Shown piece after piece: positions 43,585 to 55,208 of a stretch of DNA of 64,000 bases (position 1 is its first letter; each line of letters opens with the position of its first letter). The DNA comes from Rebecca billardiae RCC1528 (Eukaryota; Protista; Haptophyta), in assembly GCA_965240325.2 (NCBI GenBank), contig OZ251235.1, positions 310,001 to 374,000 on the forward strand. The letters run 5' to 3'. The position numbers and the translations under genes are program-made. The notes under the pieces were generated by a model. That model saw nothing but the letters and a program-made list of their open reading frames with translations, did no database searches and was not told the origin of the DNA.

Positions 43585-45097
43585 GGTGGCACCTCCGGAA
43601 CAGACGGCGGGAGGCAAGATGGCGAGGAAACAGCCCCGGCGTCGCGCTCGCTCGAGGCTCGGAGGCCCGTGCGAGCCGGCGGGGGCTCGAGCGGCACGGG
43701 GCGCACGTCGGGCGGGCAGACCATGCACGTGGGCCTTCCGAACCGCTCGCCGACGGCCTCGCTCCGCCGCTTCTCGCGCTCGCGAGCTGTGTCCGTGCGC
43801 GCGCGGTGGGCGGGCGTCGCGCAGCTCGACGCGAGGCGTCCACGGCGGAGATTGGGCCCAGCTGGGCGCTCGAACGGCCTCGACGTGCGGGGCCGGTCAT
43901 GTACGTGCGCGCGCGCGCGCCGGAGCCGTCCGGCGACCTTGTGGTCGTGCTGCGGGAACGACGTCACACCCGGGCGGCACTGCGAGGTTCTGCGCGGGCC
44001 CATGTGCATGCATGTGCGCGAGGCGTGGGTGGGCTCGCGATGGCGGGGCGCGTTGGTCGAAGCTGCGCCATGGTCGTCAGTGCCGGCTAGGCGCCGAAGG
44101 GCGCGCGCGGCGGTCCACTCGGGGCCACGCGGGCCGCCGGGAGCTCGTGCGCAGCCGCTCGGCCAGATAGGTGGCCCCGGCGGCAGTCTGAACGAGGTCA
44201 GCACTTCACATTTCGACAAACTCCGCACCCCCGCTCGTGGTGGGCCACCATGCGGCGCACCAGGGGGTGCAAGCAAGCAGCCGTCCCGAGGAAACTGTCG
44301 GTAGGATTCGAAAATAATACGGAAAATCCTGCAGGAAAAAGCCCTTATTTCGATATTTTCGATAATATTTTCGAATCCTACCGACAGTTTCCTCGGGACG
44401 GCTGCTTGCTTGCACCCCCTGGTGCGCCGCATGGTGGCCCACCACGAGCGGGGGTGCGGAGTTTGTCGAAATGTGAAGTGCTGACCTCGTTCAGACTGCC
44501 GCCGGGGCCACCTATCTGGCCGAGCGGCTGCGCACGAGCTCCCGGCGGCCCGCGTGGCCCCGAGTGGACCGCCGCGCGCGCCCTTCGGCGCCTAGCCGGC
44601 ACTGACGACCATGGCGCAGCTTCGACCAACGCGCCCCGCCATCGCGAGCCCACCCACGCCTCGCGCACATGCATGCACATGGGCCCGCGCAGAACCTCGC
44701 AGTGCCGCCCGGGTGTGACGTCGTTCCCGCAGCACGACCACAAGGTCGCCGGACGGCTCCGGCGCGCGCGCGCGCACGTACATGACCGGCCCCGCACGTC
44801 GAGGCCGTTCGAGCGCCCAGCTGGGCCCAATCTCCGCCGTGGACGCCTCGCGTCGAGCTGCGCGACGCCCGCCCACCGCGCGCGCACGGACACAGCTCGC
44901 GAGCGCGAGAAGCGGCGGAGCGAGGCCGTCGGCGAGCGGTTCGGAAGGCCCACGTGCATGGTCTGCCCGCCCGACGTGCGCCCCGTGCCGCTCGAGCCCC
45001 CGCCGGCTCGCACGGGCCTCCGAGCCTCGAGCGAGCGCGACGCCGGGGCTGTTTCCTCGCCATCTTGCCTCCCGCCGTCTGTTCCGGAGGTGCCACC
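43585..45097. mobile_element. Palindromic non-autonomous DNA transposon, Kolobok-like (TTAA TSD, GG...CC termini, ~730-bp arms)
   Basis: TTAA|GGTGGCACC at 43581 and GGTGCCACC|TTAA ending 45101; arms appear identical; imperfect AT-rich spacer at about 44317-44365. Confidence 0.75.
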
Positions 45098-45491
45098 TTA
45101 ACTACTAAAAAGATCACAGCGCAGCGGTCCCGGTGTAACGTCGCCGTTGATGGTACTACTACATCCAGGTGCAGCACCCTCCCCGTGTGGTGTCAGAGCG
45201 CGCTCTCGAGCGCGTGCCTCCGAGCGCGGGGCGGCCGCTTGCTGCAATGGCCGCCTCGATGAGGTGCGGCAACGCGCCTCTCACCTGCCTGCGCCGGTCT
45301 GCTTTGTGGCGGTGTCTTTGTGCAGTGTTGGATGGCGTTAATCACGCCTTAACCAAGTGTGCACGTTAAATCATAGTAAACTGTATGGGACTAAAGTAGC
45401 TATCATACTTCGGTCATACACTCATACAGTCAGTTACAAATACAAATGAATACAATGGGGGTTACGGTATTGGGGCTGGCCAGGGTACCTA

Positions 45492-45977
45492 CAGGCAATC
45501 GCGGGCAATAAGGAGCTGTCACGTTAAGAAACTGGGGCTTGCTATCTGCGGATCTGGCCTATAAACTGAGACTAGCGATTGGCTATACGCATAGTCACAG
45601 CACTAAGAAACCGGGACTACGTCGTCGCGGCTGACGAGTGGTCCGCCGAGGCCGCCGAGGCGCAGTCGGCCTGTGGGACGCGGCGCGCGGCCCCACTACG
45701 AGTACAGGCCAAGTGGCAAGTCCAGACTTCTCCTGATGACTGACGCCTGGCCAGTGCACCGCAGCATCCATGCAACATCATGCCAGGTTTGCTCCAAAAT
45801 GGCCCAAATATTTTTCTTCGGCCTCGCAGGCCGGGCCTAAAGACTCAGCGGGGGGCTCAGCCCCCCGGCGGACCTAGCTAAGAAACTGAGACTCCGTAGG
45901 CGGTCGGGCTACCGAACGGCTAAAGAAACCGAGACTAGCCGTGAGATCTCTGACCTCTTATTGCCCGCGATTGCCTG
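45492..45977. mobile_element. 486-bp MITE, Tc1/mariner-like (TA TSD, 21-bp TIR)
   Basis: TA|CAGGCAATCGCGGGCAATAAG ... CTTATTGCCCGCGATTGCCTG|TA; internal repeats of an AGAAAC(T/C)G(A/G)GACT-like motif. Confidence 0.8.
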
Positions 45978-47050
45978 TAGGGCTGGAGGCTTCGGCCGCC
46001 AGTCTGATCACCCGGAGCCCGTTATTATATTATAAAGGAGAATTTATTGCACCGCCTTCTAATGGCCCTGTAACGGCCGGCGGGTCGCTCTGCGACAGCT
46101 CGACCGTTACGGGAGATTAGATGCACCTTGGTATTGGACTGTCGTCAGCTCTGCATACCTTCATAACCTTGTCGAGTGATGACGGTCCCGGCGATGTCGG
46201 TCACTCGGTGGTCACCCACGAACCTAGCAGCGCTCCTCACGGTCAGGCTGGTCTCGACCCAGACATTGCATCGGCATCAATCGTGTCTCATCCGTCATCC
46301 CGCATACTATATTCCGGGACCAACCGCTGAGGTCCGCTGCTGAGACGAGCTGCGCGGATGCCTGTACAGCACACACTTCCTCAAGAGTCCAGTACGTTCA
46401 GCTTTTGCCTCGACGAAGTGACGTTGGATGCCAAGGCTGCAGCTCACAAGCATCCTGTCGAGCTGCTCCCACGCCAGATCCCCAAGCTGAGTGAGATGTC
46501 ACCGAGACCGTTCCTAAGAGTAAGAGGCGGAGATACGCCCACGGGCTCGGAGTCGAGAGGAGGCCACACGCGGTCTACGACAGACGAGCTGCGCACAAGC
46601 GCTCTCAGCCGTCCCTCGGCCTTGACATTTCAAGCAGACGATGCACGACGTACAGTCCCATGCGAGCATGGCAGTGGCTTGACAGCCGCCCGGGTTAGAC
46701 CGTAGCCGTCGTGACTGGCCGTAGCACGGGGCGACGAGGATTGTCGCCGCCGCCGGCGGCCGGCACCAGGAATCCATTAGTAAATACGCGCAGACGACGC
46801 GGAATCTCTGGAATCAAACTCCTTACACCGTTCCCCGCTGGCAGTGCGATGCCCCGGTACCGCAGTGGGCAGTGGGCACGCGGTTAGCTCAAAATCCGGA
46901 CTGGTCTGGCGACGCGCTCACTTGGCGACTTGTCCGGATCCGGACAAGTCGGCGGGTGCCACCATGGGCGCTGGCGGGCGCGTGGCGCGCTCGAGATACG
47001 CGGCCGCCGCATCACCCACTACCAACCACAGGAAAGAGAACCACGCGAAC

Positions 47051-48638
47051 ATGAGCGACGAGCAGGAGCACAACAAAGGCGCGCCAGAGGGCGAGAACCA
47101 GGGGGAGGGCGGCACGATCACCGTCGAGGATGACATGATCGAGACGAACTGGCACGAGGTGTATGACAACTTCGATGACATGGGCCTGCGGTGCGCGCCG
47201 CGCGTGGGCGCGCGCATGTGCCCGCGGGCCCGTACCCGCGTAACCTGGCGCGCGCGCGCGGCGTGCGCTTGGGCGGGGGGCTTGTGCGCCGGCGGTCGGG
47301 CGAGGCGGTCGGAGACGCACCGAACCTCCCGTGGGCTCACGCGCTTGCCGCGTCGCCGCGCCCCGTGCCGCGCAGGGAGGACCTCCTCCGAGGCATCTAC
47401 GCCTACGGCTTTGAGAAGCCGTCGGCGATCCAGCAGCGCGCGATCGTGCCGCTGATGGGCGCGCGCGACACGATCGCGCAAGCGCAGTCGGGCACGGGCA
47501 AGACGGCGACGTTCACGATCGCCGTCCTGCAGAACATCGACGTGGGCCAGCGCTACTGCCAGGCGCTGCTGCTCGCGCCGACGCGCGAGCTCGCGTCGCA
47601 GATCGTCAAGGTGGTCATGTCGCTCGGCGACTACCTGGGCGTGTCGTGCCACGCGTGCATTGGCGGCACGAACGTGCGCGCGGACATCGGGCGGCTCGAA
47701 AGCGGCGTCCAGGTCGTCGTGGGCACGCCCGGGCGCGTGTACGACATGATCAACCGGCGCGCGCTCAACCCGTCGGGCATCAAATTCTTCGTGCTCGACG
47801 AGGCGGACGAGATGCTCTCGCGCGGCTTCAAGGACCAGATCTACGACGTGTTCCAGAAGCTGCCGCAGGACGTGAAGGTCGGGCTCTTCTCGGCCACGAT
47901 GCCGCAGGAGGTGCTCGAGCTCACGAGCAAGTTCATGCGCGACCCGGTGCGCATCCTCGTCAAGCGCGACGAGCTGACGCTCGACGGCATCAAGCAGTTT
48001 TACGTGATGGTCGAGCGCGAGGACTGGAAGCTGGACACGCTGTGCGACCTGTACGAGACGCTGACGATCACCCAGGCGATCATCTTCACCAACACGCGGC
48101 GGAAGGTGGAGTGGCTCACCGAGCGCATGCACTCGCGCGACTTCACCTGCTCGTCCATGCACGCGGACATGGACCAAAAGGAGCGTGAGCTCATCATGCG
48201 CGAGTTCCGCTCGGGCTCGTCGCGCGTGCTCATCACGACGGACCTGCTCGCGCGCGGCATCGACGTGCAGCAGGTCTCGCTCGTGATCAACTACGACCTC
48301 CCCACAAACCGCGAGAACTACATCCACCGCATCGGCCGCTCGGGCCGCTTCGGGCGCAAGGGTGTGGCAATCAACTTCATGACGCAGGAGGACGTGCGCA
48401 CGCTGCGCGAGATCGAGCAGTTCTATAACACGCACATCGAGGAGATGCCGATGAACGTGCGCGCGCGCGTCCACGCGCGGCAGCACGCGCGCGCCGAGCG
48501 TGCCGACGCCCGCGGGCGGGGGGCTGCGCGCGGCGGTTGGGACGCGCGGCGGCCCCGCGCCCGCCGTGCATGTTCTCACACGCGCGCTCCCGCGCCGCAC
48601 ACGCGCCCGACGATGCGCAGGTGGCCGATCTGATCTGA
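47051..48638 (+). CDS. eIF4A: Eukaryotic translation initiation factor 4A; exons 47051-47190, 47376-48456, 48621-48638
   Basis: [52 protein letters not shown], and spliced C-terminus EEMPMN|VADLI*. Confidence 0.97.
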
Positions 48639-49143
48639 GAGGCCTACGGGCTGTGTACCCGTGCCTCTTGTGGCGGGTGGAGAGGCCAGCTTCGGCACCT
48701 CGGCCGTCTGGCGCTGCGCATCCAACCGAGCCACGCTCGCAGGGGCGTGTGCTGCGCGCCCCGATGAAAGGCGAAAGGCGAGGCCCGAGCCGGCCAGGCG
48801 TGTCAGGGACGCTCCGCCGACCCAGCCTCTCCCTTCCCGCCCCTTGCTTCTTGACTGCGAGTGCATCCTCTGGGTATACGGATGCCGCTCGCCGCACCGC
48901 CAGTGGGCACCATGTCGATCAGCCAGAGTCATCTCATCGGCGCGGTCCGCGGACCACGCATGCAAGGCCGTCCTGACGGCCGCGGCCGCCGGCCCGCCGC
49001 GGGCTCACTGAGTGAACCAGCTTCGAGACGGTCGACTTGACTCCCAAGCAGCCTTGCGTCCGTGAACGCCGCTGCTGATGATGACGCCATGCACACACCT
49101 GCCGCTGGCATCTATAGTTAATAGTCTGTATATTGCGCGGTAT

Positions 49144-50767
49144 TATGACCGCGTTCCGCGGTCCTTTTCCGTAGAACGAACGTAGTTCGGGGCCCGCGGT
49201 GGAGGTGCACCCTCCGTCGCAGTCGTCTATTGACAGACTACCAGTTGCATGCCCGTACAACTAGACTCCAGCGGCGCGCCGCTGGCGCCGCTGCGCCCCG
49301 GCGCCGGCGCCGCGGGCGCGGGCCCATCGCAGCCGCCGGCGCGGCGCCCGGATTGTGTACAGGCGGATGCGACGAGGCGTGATCGACGCATGAGCGCGAC
49401 TCCACGTGCACGCCAGGCCACGTGGAGCTGATAGCCAGGGAACACGGTGCGGGGCCGCGGATTCGTTCGGGCCGCTGCTGCTGACCGCGCTGTCTGTCGT
49501 CTGACCGTGCGCCGCGGCAGCGCCAGGAGTAGTCAGTAGATGATTTGCACTGGTCCGAGTAGGGTTCGACCAGCGCCTGCGCGACGGCCGACAGGCGGGC
49601 GCGAGGCGTGATCGACGCATGAGCGCAACTCTATCTATGTGCACGCCAGGCCACGCGGAGCTGACAGCCAGAGGGAGCACTGTGTGTGCCGAGGTGCGAG
49701 GGCACCGGTGATCGTTCATTTCGCGCGCCGCGCGTGCACTGCACGGGGTCACGGGGTGACACACCTCGGTCAGGCTCGGCACGCGTCGCAGAGGCAAGGC
49801 CAGCTCTGGGGACGTCGCGCACCACCGTCGCCCGCGCCGCAGCTCGTCCTCCTAGGTCCGCCCGTCCAGCGCTGCAGACAGACTCGCCGGCGCGGGCCGA
49901 GAGTGCCAGCAGAACAGATCGATGGATTCGGGTTGGCGCGCCTGCTCTGAAGAAGAGTTCTGGGAGACCCTGGCGGAGAGGCATGGCAAGGGGGGGCGTG
50001 TGGTGAAGTCGGAGACTCAGAGATCGATCAGTCCGGCATCAGTCAGGCGCCGCTGCCCCCGAGCTTGCGAGAGCCCGAACAAAGGGCGGCGGCTGCGCTG
50101 ACGCGCGGCCCCGGCCGCGCAGGCATCGACAGGGCGGCAGGGGCGCGCGGAGTGACTAGTGAGCGGGGCACGAACACGATGTCGACGGCCGTCGGGACCC
50201 GCCGCAGACGCGCGCTCCAGGCGCCACTGGCCGCGCGCACCTGCCCATCGCCCGCCCTTGCTTGGAGGCGAGAGTCGCGCGGCGCTGGCACCTCCGCCAA
50301 CGGGCTCAAACCTGCCACTGCCTTGCGACGACGGCGAGTTTTGAGGCTCGCCAGCTCGGTGCGTCGATCAGTGACTATGAAATGGGCTGGCGACGAATAG
50401 CTGCGGGTATTTTTTCAATGTCTCGCAGTATTGGAGTTGGTGAGAGTCGTTCTTGCGGCGGCGAGGCCCATATTTATTTACTATGGTCACACATGAACGA
50501 CTGAGTCCACCCGTAATTACTCACCCTGGCACAATTGGGCGTGGGTTTCGTTGATTCCTCTGTTCACTATTCAAGACGGCGGACGCGTCCTTTTTCGACG
50601 AGGATGCACCTGTAAGGGAGTCTCAAAATTCGAAACTCGGTCTCCTCCAGCCCTGAAAATCGTCCCCCGTCCCTTTTTTCTTTGATCAAAGATCTTTTTG
50701 AAACGTGGTTCGGGCCCGCTGGTGCGGGCTCCACGCTGCGCGCTCCGCCCTGCACCGCGGGCCATTA
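49144..50767 (-). mobile_element. Non-autonomous Helitron2/Helentron-like element, uninterrupted copy (~1.6 kb)
   Basis: Homologous to 55949-57341 plus 63672-63877; 11-bp asymmetric inverted repeat (50753-50763 / 49191-49201) and terminal hairpin GACCGCG-TTC-CGCGGTC at 49147-49163. Confidence 0.62.
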
Positions 50768-51005
50768 TTCAATATAATGTCCGAAAGTGTATAGCAGCTG
50801 TAGTGGCCTGATTCGTCTGATATCAGATGTATATACCGAGAACGAAGTGATGTCATACTCATAGCTGAGTAGTCGTACTGCTGATGAAGACGTACGACGA
50901 ATAATTCGACGCGAGTCGCGATCGGCAGAGTCACCGCAGAGTGGCGTCAGCGTCACGGGCGGTCAGTCGATCGTTGATGAGGGTAAGTAAGGGCGTGATG
51001 ATGAG

Positions 51006-52106
51006 TCATGAGTCGCTGATGCAGACATACCCGAAGGCATGGCACCAACTCTGGAGTGCTCGCTTCTTGGCGAGGCGCGCAAAGATGCGTTTGGTTGCCT
51101 CTGCAGCTATCGCTCGCCCCTGCTCCCACTCCAGTTCAATCGGCTCATCCAGCGCGGCCCGCCCGCCCCGCGCGGCGTCGAGCTCGCCGGGCAGCCCAGA
51201 TCGGTTGCCCAGCCCGTTCGAGACCGCCAAGGCCCCGTTAAGTAGCCTGCTTTGAAGCTTGGGCAGGCACAACGCCGCGTGTATGCTGTCGTTGACGAGC
51301 AGATCTTGTAGCTGCGTCCGCTCCAGCTCGTCTCGCTTCACTGCCAGGCCTGCAGGGCTACCATGAGACTTGGCCGAATTCTCGACCAGGCGCAGCGTGG
51401 CCGGTGTGGAATGCCCTGGTTTGAACGAAGTGTTGGCTGCGGAGGCGATGGACTGCAGCACGCTGAACGGCCGAAGGATCACGTCCTCGTACCGCACGAC
51501 CACATGCGGCACTTGCAGCCGCTCGAGCGCCGAGACCCAGTCCACCCACGAGTCCTCGAGTTGAGCGTACTTCAGGGTCACAGATGGCATGGCACACGGG
51601 TGCCATTGCGTGTACTGCAACAAGAGGCGGTCCTCACATGTCGTGAGGTTACACCAGTCGGCGCATCGCATGCCGTAGCGCGCCTTGCGCATCGACGCGA
51701 GCCACTTCACCGGGTGCCGAACGGTGATGACGCTGACCCACGCGCCCTGAACAGAGGGCGGGTCGACCACAGTCGGAGAGATGAGCCTCAGCTGCGTGTG
51801 CTTGTAACAGCCGTATGGCGCGGGGTCGGGTGGCTGCCAACCTGGCGTCAGCACATGCACGGCCAGATTGGCCTCAATCAAGGTGCTCAGCACATTCGTA
51901 CCCGTGTTGTAGAGGCCACGCACGAGCACGTGTCGGCTAGGGTGGCCACGTGCTCTCGCACTTTGTGGGACCGCACCGCGGCGGTTGTCGTGCCTGTCTG
52001 CTTTCCACAGAGTGCGATCAGAGTCGTCCGCGAGGATGGGTGCGCTCGCGCTCGTGGAACTGAGCACGGCGCATAACGCCACAGGCCAGCAGAGCTCGAC
52101 GTGCAT
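51006..52106 (-). CDS. Sulfotransferase-like P-loop fold protein with signal peptide
   Basis: VRGLYNTGTN (5'-PSB-like), YKH, VRHPVKWLASM (3'-PB-like), VVRYEDVI. Confidence 0.65.
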   Translation of the reverse strand: MHVELCWPVALCAVLSSTSASAPILADDSDRTLWKADRHDNRRGAVPQSARARGHPSRHVLVRGLYNTGTNVLSTLIEANLAVHVLTPGWQPPDPAPYGCYKHTQLRLISPTVVDPPSVQGAWVSVITVRHPVKWLASMRKARYGMRCADWCNLTTCEDRLLLQYTQWHPCAMPSVTLKYAQLEDSWVDWVSALERLQVPHVVVRYEDVILRPFSVLQSIASAANTSFKPGHSTPATLRLVENSAKSHGSPAGLAVKRDELERTQLQDLLVNDSIHAALCLPKLQSRLLNGALAVSNGLGNRSGLPGELDAARGGRAALDEPIELEWEQGRAIAAEATKRIFARLAKKRALQSWCHAFGYVCISDS

Positions 52107-52604
52107 CGTCGTCCGCACTGTGCACGGTGGCGGCGCTCATGGGCGGTTTAGTGTTCCTGAGGTCGGGAAAGCGCTCCCTCAGGTTGGTCGGTGAATGAAC
52201 AGGTGGCGGACGTCAATCTCGTCGCCTGCCTGAGCTCATTATTCATCTATGATGAATAATAATGCTGATATGAATAATGAGGAATAATCAAGTGATGAGC
52301 AAGAATAATGATGACGATGATGAATAATGATGAATAATGATCGTCGACACGAAGTCGACGTTGGTGGCAGAGCATAGCCTGCACCGCGATCGTAAGCTTG
52401 AGCGCGGCCTTGAGCTGCTGAAGCGCGATCCACCCGCGCTGCGCGGCTCGCATGGACGGAGTCTCTGACCGAGTGACGACTGTCGGGTCTTACAGTAATC
52501 AGTCTATACTCTATTCATCGCGCGCACGGTCAATTCGTTCAGCATCAGTCAGATAACGACAGTATAGTCGTCATCAGCTACGGCGCCAGCCATTGGCATT
52601 ATAT

Positions 52605-54680
52605 TCAGCGCGGACTCCGGCGGTCCAGCCCGAGGTCGTGGTAGGCGCCGTTGGGGAAGTACGTGTACGATCCGCCTCGTGCGGCGGTTCGCTGCTGCCT
52701 GGCCGCCATGTCCTCTGCGATCCTGCGCGCCTCGCTGTCTGGGATCGTTGGGTGCCTGGCCTTCAGCGTCGCGATCACGGCGTTCACGTTCAGCGGGCCC
52801 GAGACAGGGCTCGTGTAGTGGGTCGCGGGCCCTGCATACTGGGTCGAGCCCCGCCCGCCGAATCGGTAGAAGTGGATCGGCGCACCGTTCCAGTAGCCGC
52901 GCTTGCGCGCGCCGCGCCACTCCCCGTTCACGGCCATCACCACGTACGAGCCGCGGCGGTGCGCGTCCTCGATCTCGTCGACGATCTCGCGGCTGCACGC
53001 GGGCTCGCGCGGCGTGTTGATCAGCCGCACCGGCGTGTAGTGCAGGTCGAGCGGGGGCATGGGCTGCGCGAGGTTCGCCACGACCACGCCCGCGCCCTGC
53101 GCCTGCGAGTGCTCGCGTGCAAAGATGGCAATGGCCTTCTCGTGCCGCGCCTCGAACAGGTCGAGGTGCCGCTCCTTGTCGTCGGCCGAGGTGTCCCGCG
53201 TCCAGCGGGGGATAGCGAGCACGTCCTGCGCGGAGGGCCTGGCGCCCTTCCCCGCGGCCACGTGGCGACACATCCGCTTGTGCGCCTTCCAGTGCGCCTT
53301 CTGGCACTCTGCGGAGCAGTACGCCTCAGCCTTGCACGCGCTGCACAGCTTCACGCCCGTGTTCGCGCAGCCCGGCGCCGCGCACTGCCCGCCCTTCCGG
53401 TCGGCGGCCAGCCCGGACGTCTGCGGCAGCGGCGTCGGCGTCGGCGCGACACGGGCGGCGAGCGGGCGCGCGTGCGCGGGGAAGCGCCCGCCGGGCCGGC
53501 GCTCGGAGCCGTCCGAGGAGGCGGCGCCCTTGGAGAACCACTCGTGCACGAGACTCCACGCGACCGCGATGGCCTGCTCGTCCTCGCGCGTGGCCTTGGG
53601 CTCGAGCGCGTCCTCGATGGCGACCGCGCCGCCGTACGCGCGCGCCGCGGCGAGGTGCGCGTTGAACCAGCCCGCGCGCGCCACGCTCTCCGCCGGCTGC
53701 GCCTGCCACTCCTCGCTGCCCGCGAGCGGGCGCGGCGTGGCGTCGCCCACGCGGAAGCAGATGGCGCGCGCCTCGAGGTACACCGCCACGTCGCCCTGCT
53801 TGGGCGCGGCGCTGCCGTCGTTCGCGTGCGCGCGCGCGCTCGCGCCGCGCAGCTCGTCGAGCCGCCCCGCGAGCTCCGCCCACGAGTGCCCCGGCGCGTC
53901 GCACGCCGCGCGGCTCGCCATCTCGTTGAGGCAGAAGAAGGCGACTTCGGGCAGGATGCTGCCGCGCGCCGTGTTCAGCCGCGCGAGGAAGGGCTCGACG
54001 TCGGCGTCCTCGCCGCGGCGGCGCGCGTCCGAGGCCGCAGAGCACTCGCGCCAGAAGGCGCCGTCCGGCATGCCGCCGCCGTGTGCGCCTGCGAACAGCT
54101 CCACCGCCTGGTCGCAGCTCAGCCGCGTCCAGCCGTGCGCCGCGTGCGGGTCGCTGCTTGACTTGTCGTCCGAAGAGATGAGCGAGGCGATCAGGGCGGA
54201 GACGTCGGCGGTGCTCGCCGAGGACGTGGTCATCCAGGCATCGCCGGCGAGCGGGGTCGCCGCCTTGAACGGGACCATGTGCACGAGCGAGCGCGCGCCC
54301 GTGCTCTGGTCCAGCGCCTCCTGCAGATCGCGCCGCGGGTCGCCCCTCGGGAAGGGCGAGTCCGGCGCGCCGAGCCAGATCACGAAGAGGCCGGGCGTGG
54401 AGAAGCGCGCGTTCGTGGCGCAGATGAAGGTCTCGTCGGCCGAGCTGACGCGAGCGCTCTCCTTCGACTCCTGCTCCTTCTTGTCCGCCGCGGCATCGAG
54501 CCGCATGATGCGCGCCTGCAGGGCGACCTGCTCGCGCATCGTGAGCCGATCCTGCGCGCGCTGCTCGTGGCCAAACGACAGCTGCGGCGGCGTGCCCGGG
54601 AGCATCTTGGCGACGATATCGTCTGGCACTTCGGGGAGTCGCCCCGAGGGCGCGACGGTCGCTGCGGACGAGGGCACCAT
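52605..54680 (-). CDS. MYND-type zinc finger protein
   Basis: CAAPGC...CSACKAEAYCSAECQKAHWKAHKRMC within a long GC3-rich ORF. Confidence 0.8.
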   Translation of the reverse strand: MVPSSAATVAPSGRLPEVPDDIVAKMLPGTPPQLSFGHEQRAQDRLTMREQVALQARIMRLDAAADKKEQESKESARVSSADETFICATNARFSTPGLFVIWLGAPDSPFPRGDPRRDLQEALDQSTGARSLVHMVPFKAATPLAGDAWMTTSSASTADVSALIASLISSDDKSSSDPHAAHGWTRLSCDQAVELFAGAHGGGMPDGAFWRECSAASDARRRGEDADVEPFLARLNTARGSILPEVAFFCLNEMASRAACDAPGHSWAELAGRLDELRGASARAHANDGSAAPKQGDVAVYLEARAICFRVGDATPRPLAGSEEWQAQPAESVARAGWFNAHLAAARAYGGAVAIEDALEPKATREDEQAIAVAWSLVHEWFSKGAASSDGSERRPGGRFPAHARPLAARVAPTPTPLPQTSGLAADRKGGQCAAPGCANTGVKLCSACKAEAYCSAECQKAHWKAHKRMCRHVAAGKGARPSAQDVLAIPRWTRDTSADDKERHLDLFEARHEKAIAIFAREHSQAQGAGVVVANLAQPMPPLDLHYTPVRLINTPREPACSREIVDEIEDAHRRGSYVVMAVNGEWRGARKRGYWNGAPIHFYRFGGRGSTQYAGPATHYTSPVSGPLNVNAVIATLKARHPTIPDSEARRIAEDMAARQQRTAARGGSYTYFPNGAYHDLGLDRRSPR

Positions 54681-55145
54681 CGAGGAGTGTGCCGATCACG
54701 CGCTCGACGGGCGCGTCTGGAGGACCCTGCGCCTTGGCGAGGGCGCAAGAAAAGCAGCAGTAGTCAAGCACGCTGATCAAATCCGGGCCCGGACCAGGCC
54801 GACCTGAGTTGCCATCAGTGACGAGCGACAGTCATGAACAGTCCGCTTGACACTGTCCATGTTCATGACCACAGACCAAGGGCGGTGCCATTGTCATGCA
54901 GCCTCACAGCTCACTCCTCATTGCGAGGGCGCTACAAGTAGCAGTATCATAGCTTGACAAAGTACAGAAGTGGTGTAACAGTTTACTAAGAATATAAGAG
55001 ACGCGTGCACACAGCTCAGGCAGGCGAGATCGACGACCCTCCAACTGTCACCGCCCATAAAGCCGTCGCCGATGGCTGCGCCGCCGGAAAATTCGTTCAA
55101 TGCCTGTGTCTTTTAAAAACCATTATCATAGTAGAATAATTATAG

Positions 55146-55206
<61 letters not shown>
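55146..55206. repeat. (TA)n(TG)n microsatellite
   Basis: Read directly from the sequence. Confidence 0.93.

Positions 55207-55208
<2 letters not shown>

Larger units (their letters stand above)
39750..45383. mobile_element. TA-flanked MITE (about 300 bp after removing nested inserts) hosting two foldback elements
   Basis: TA|CAGTTCACTATG at 39748-39761 and CATAGTAAACTG|TA at 45372-45385; removing both inserts rebuilds CAGTTCACTATGTTAAC, versus CAGTTTACTATGATTTAAC for the right end. Confidence 0.6.

Noticed and set aside
39763-45177. Many 200-300 aa ORFs occurring twice on opposite strands
   Set aside because: Mirror products of the inverted repeats; R/A-rich with no transposase or other motifs.
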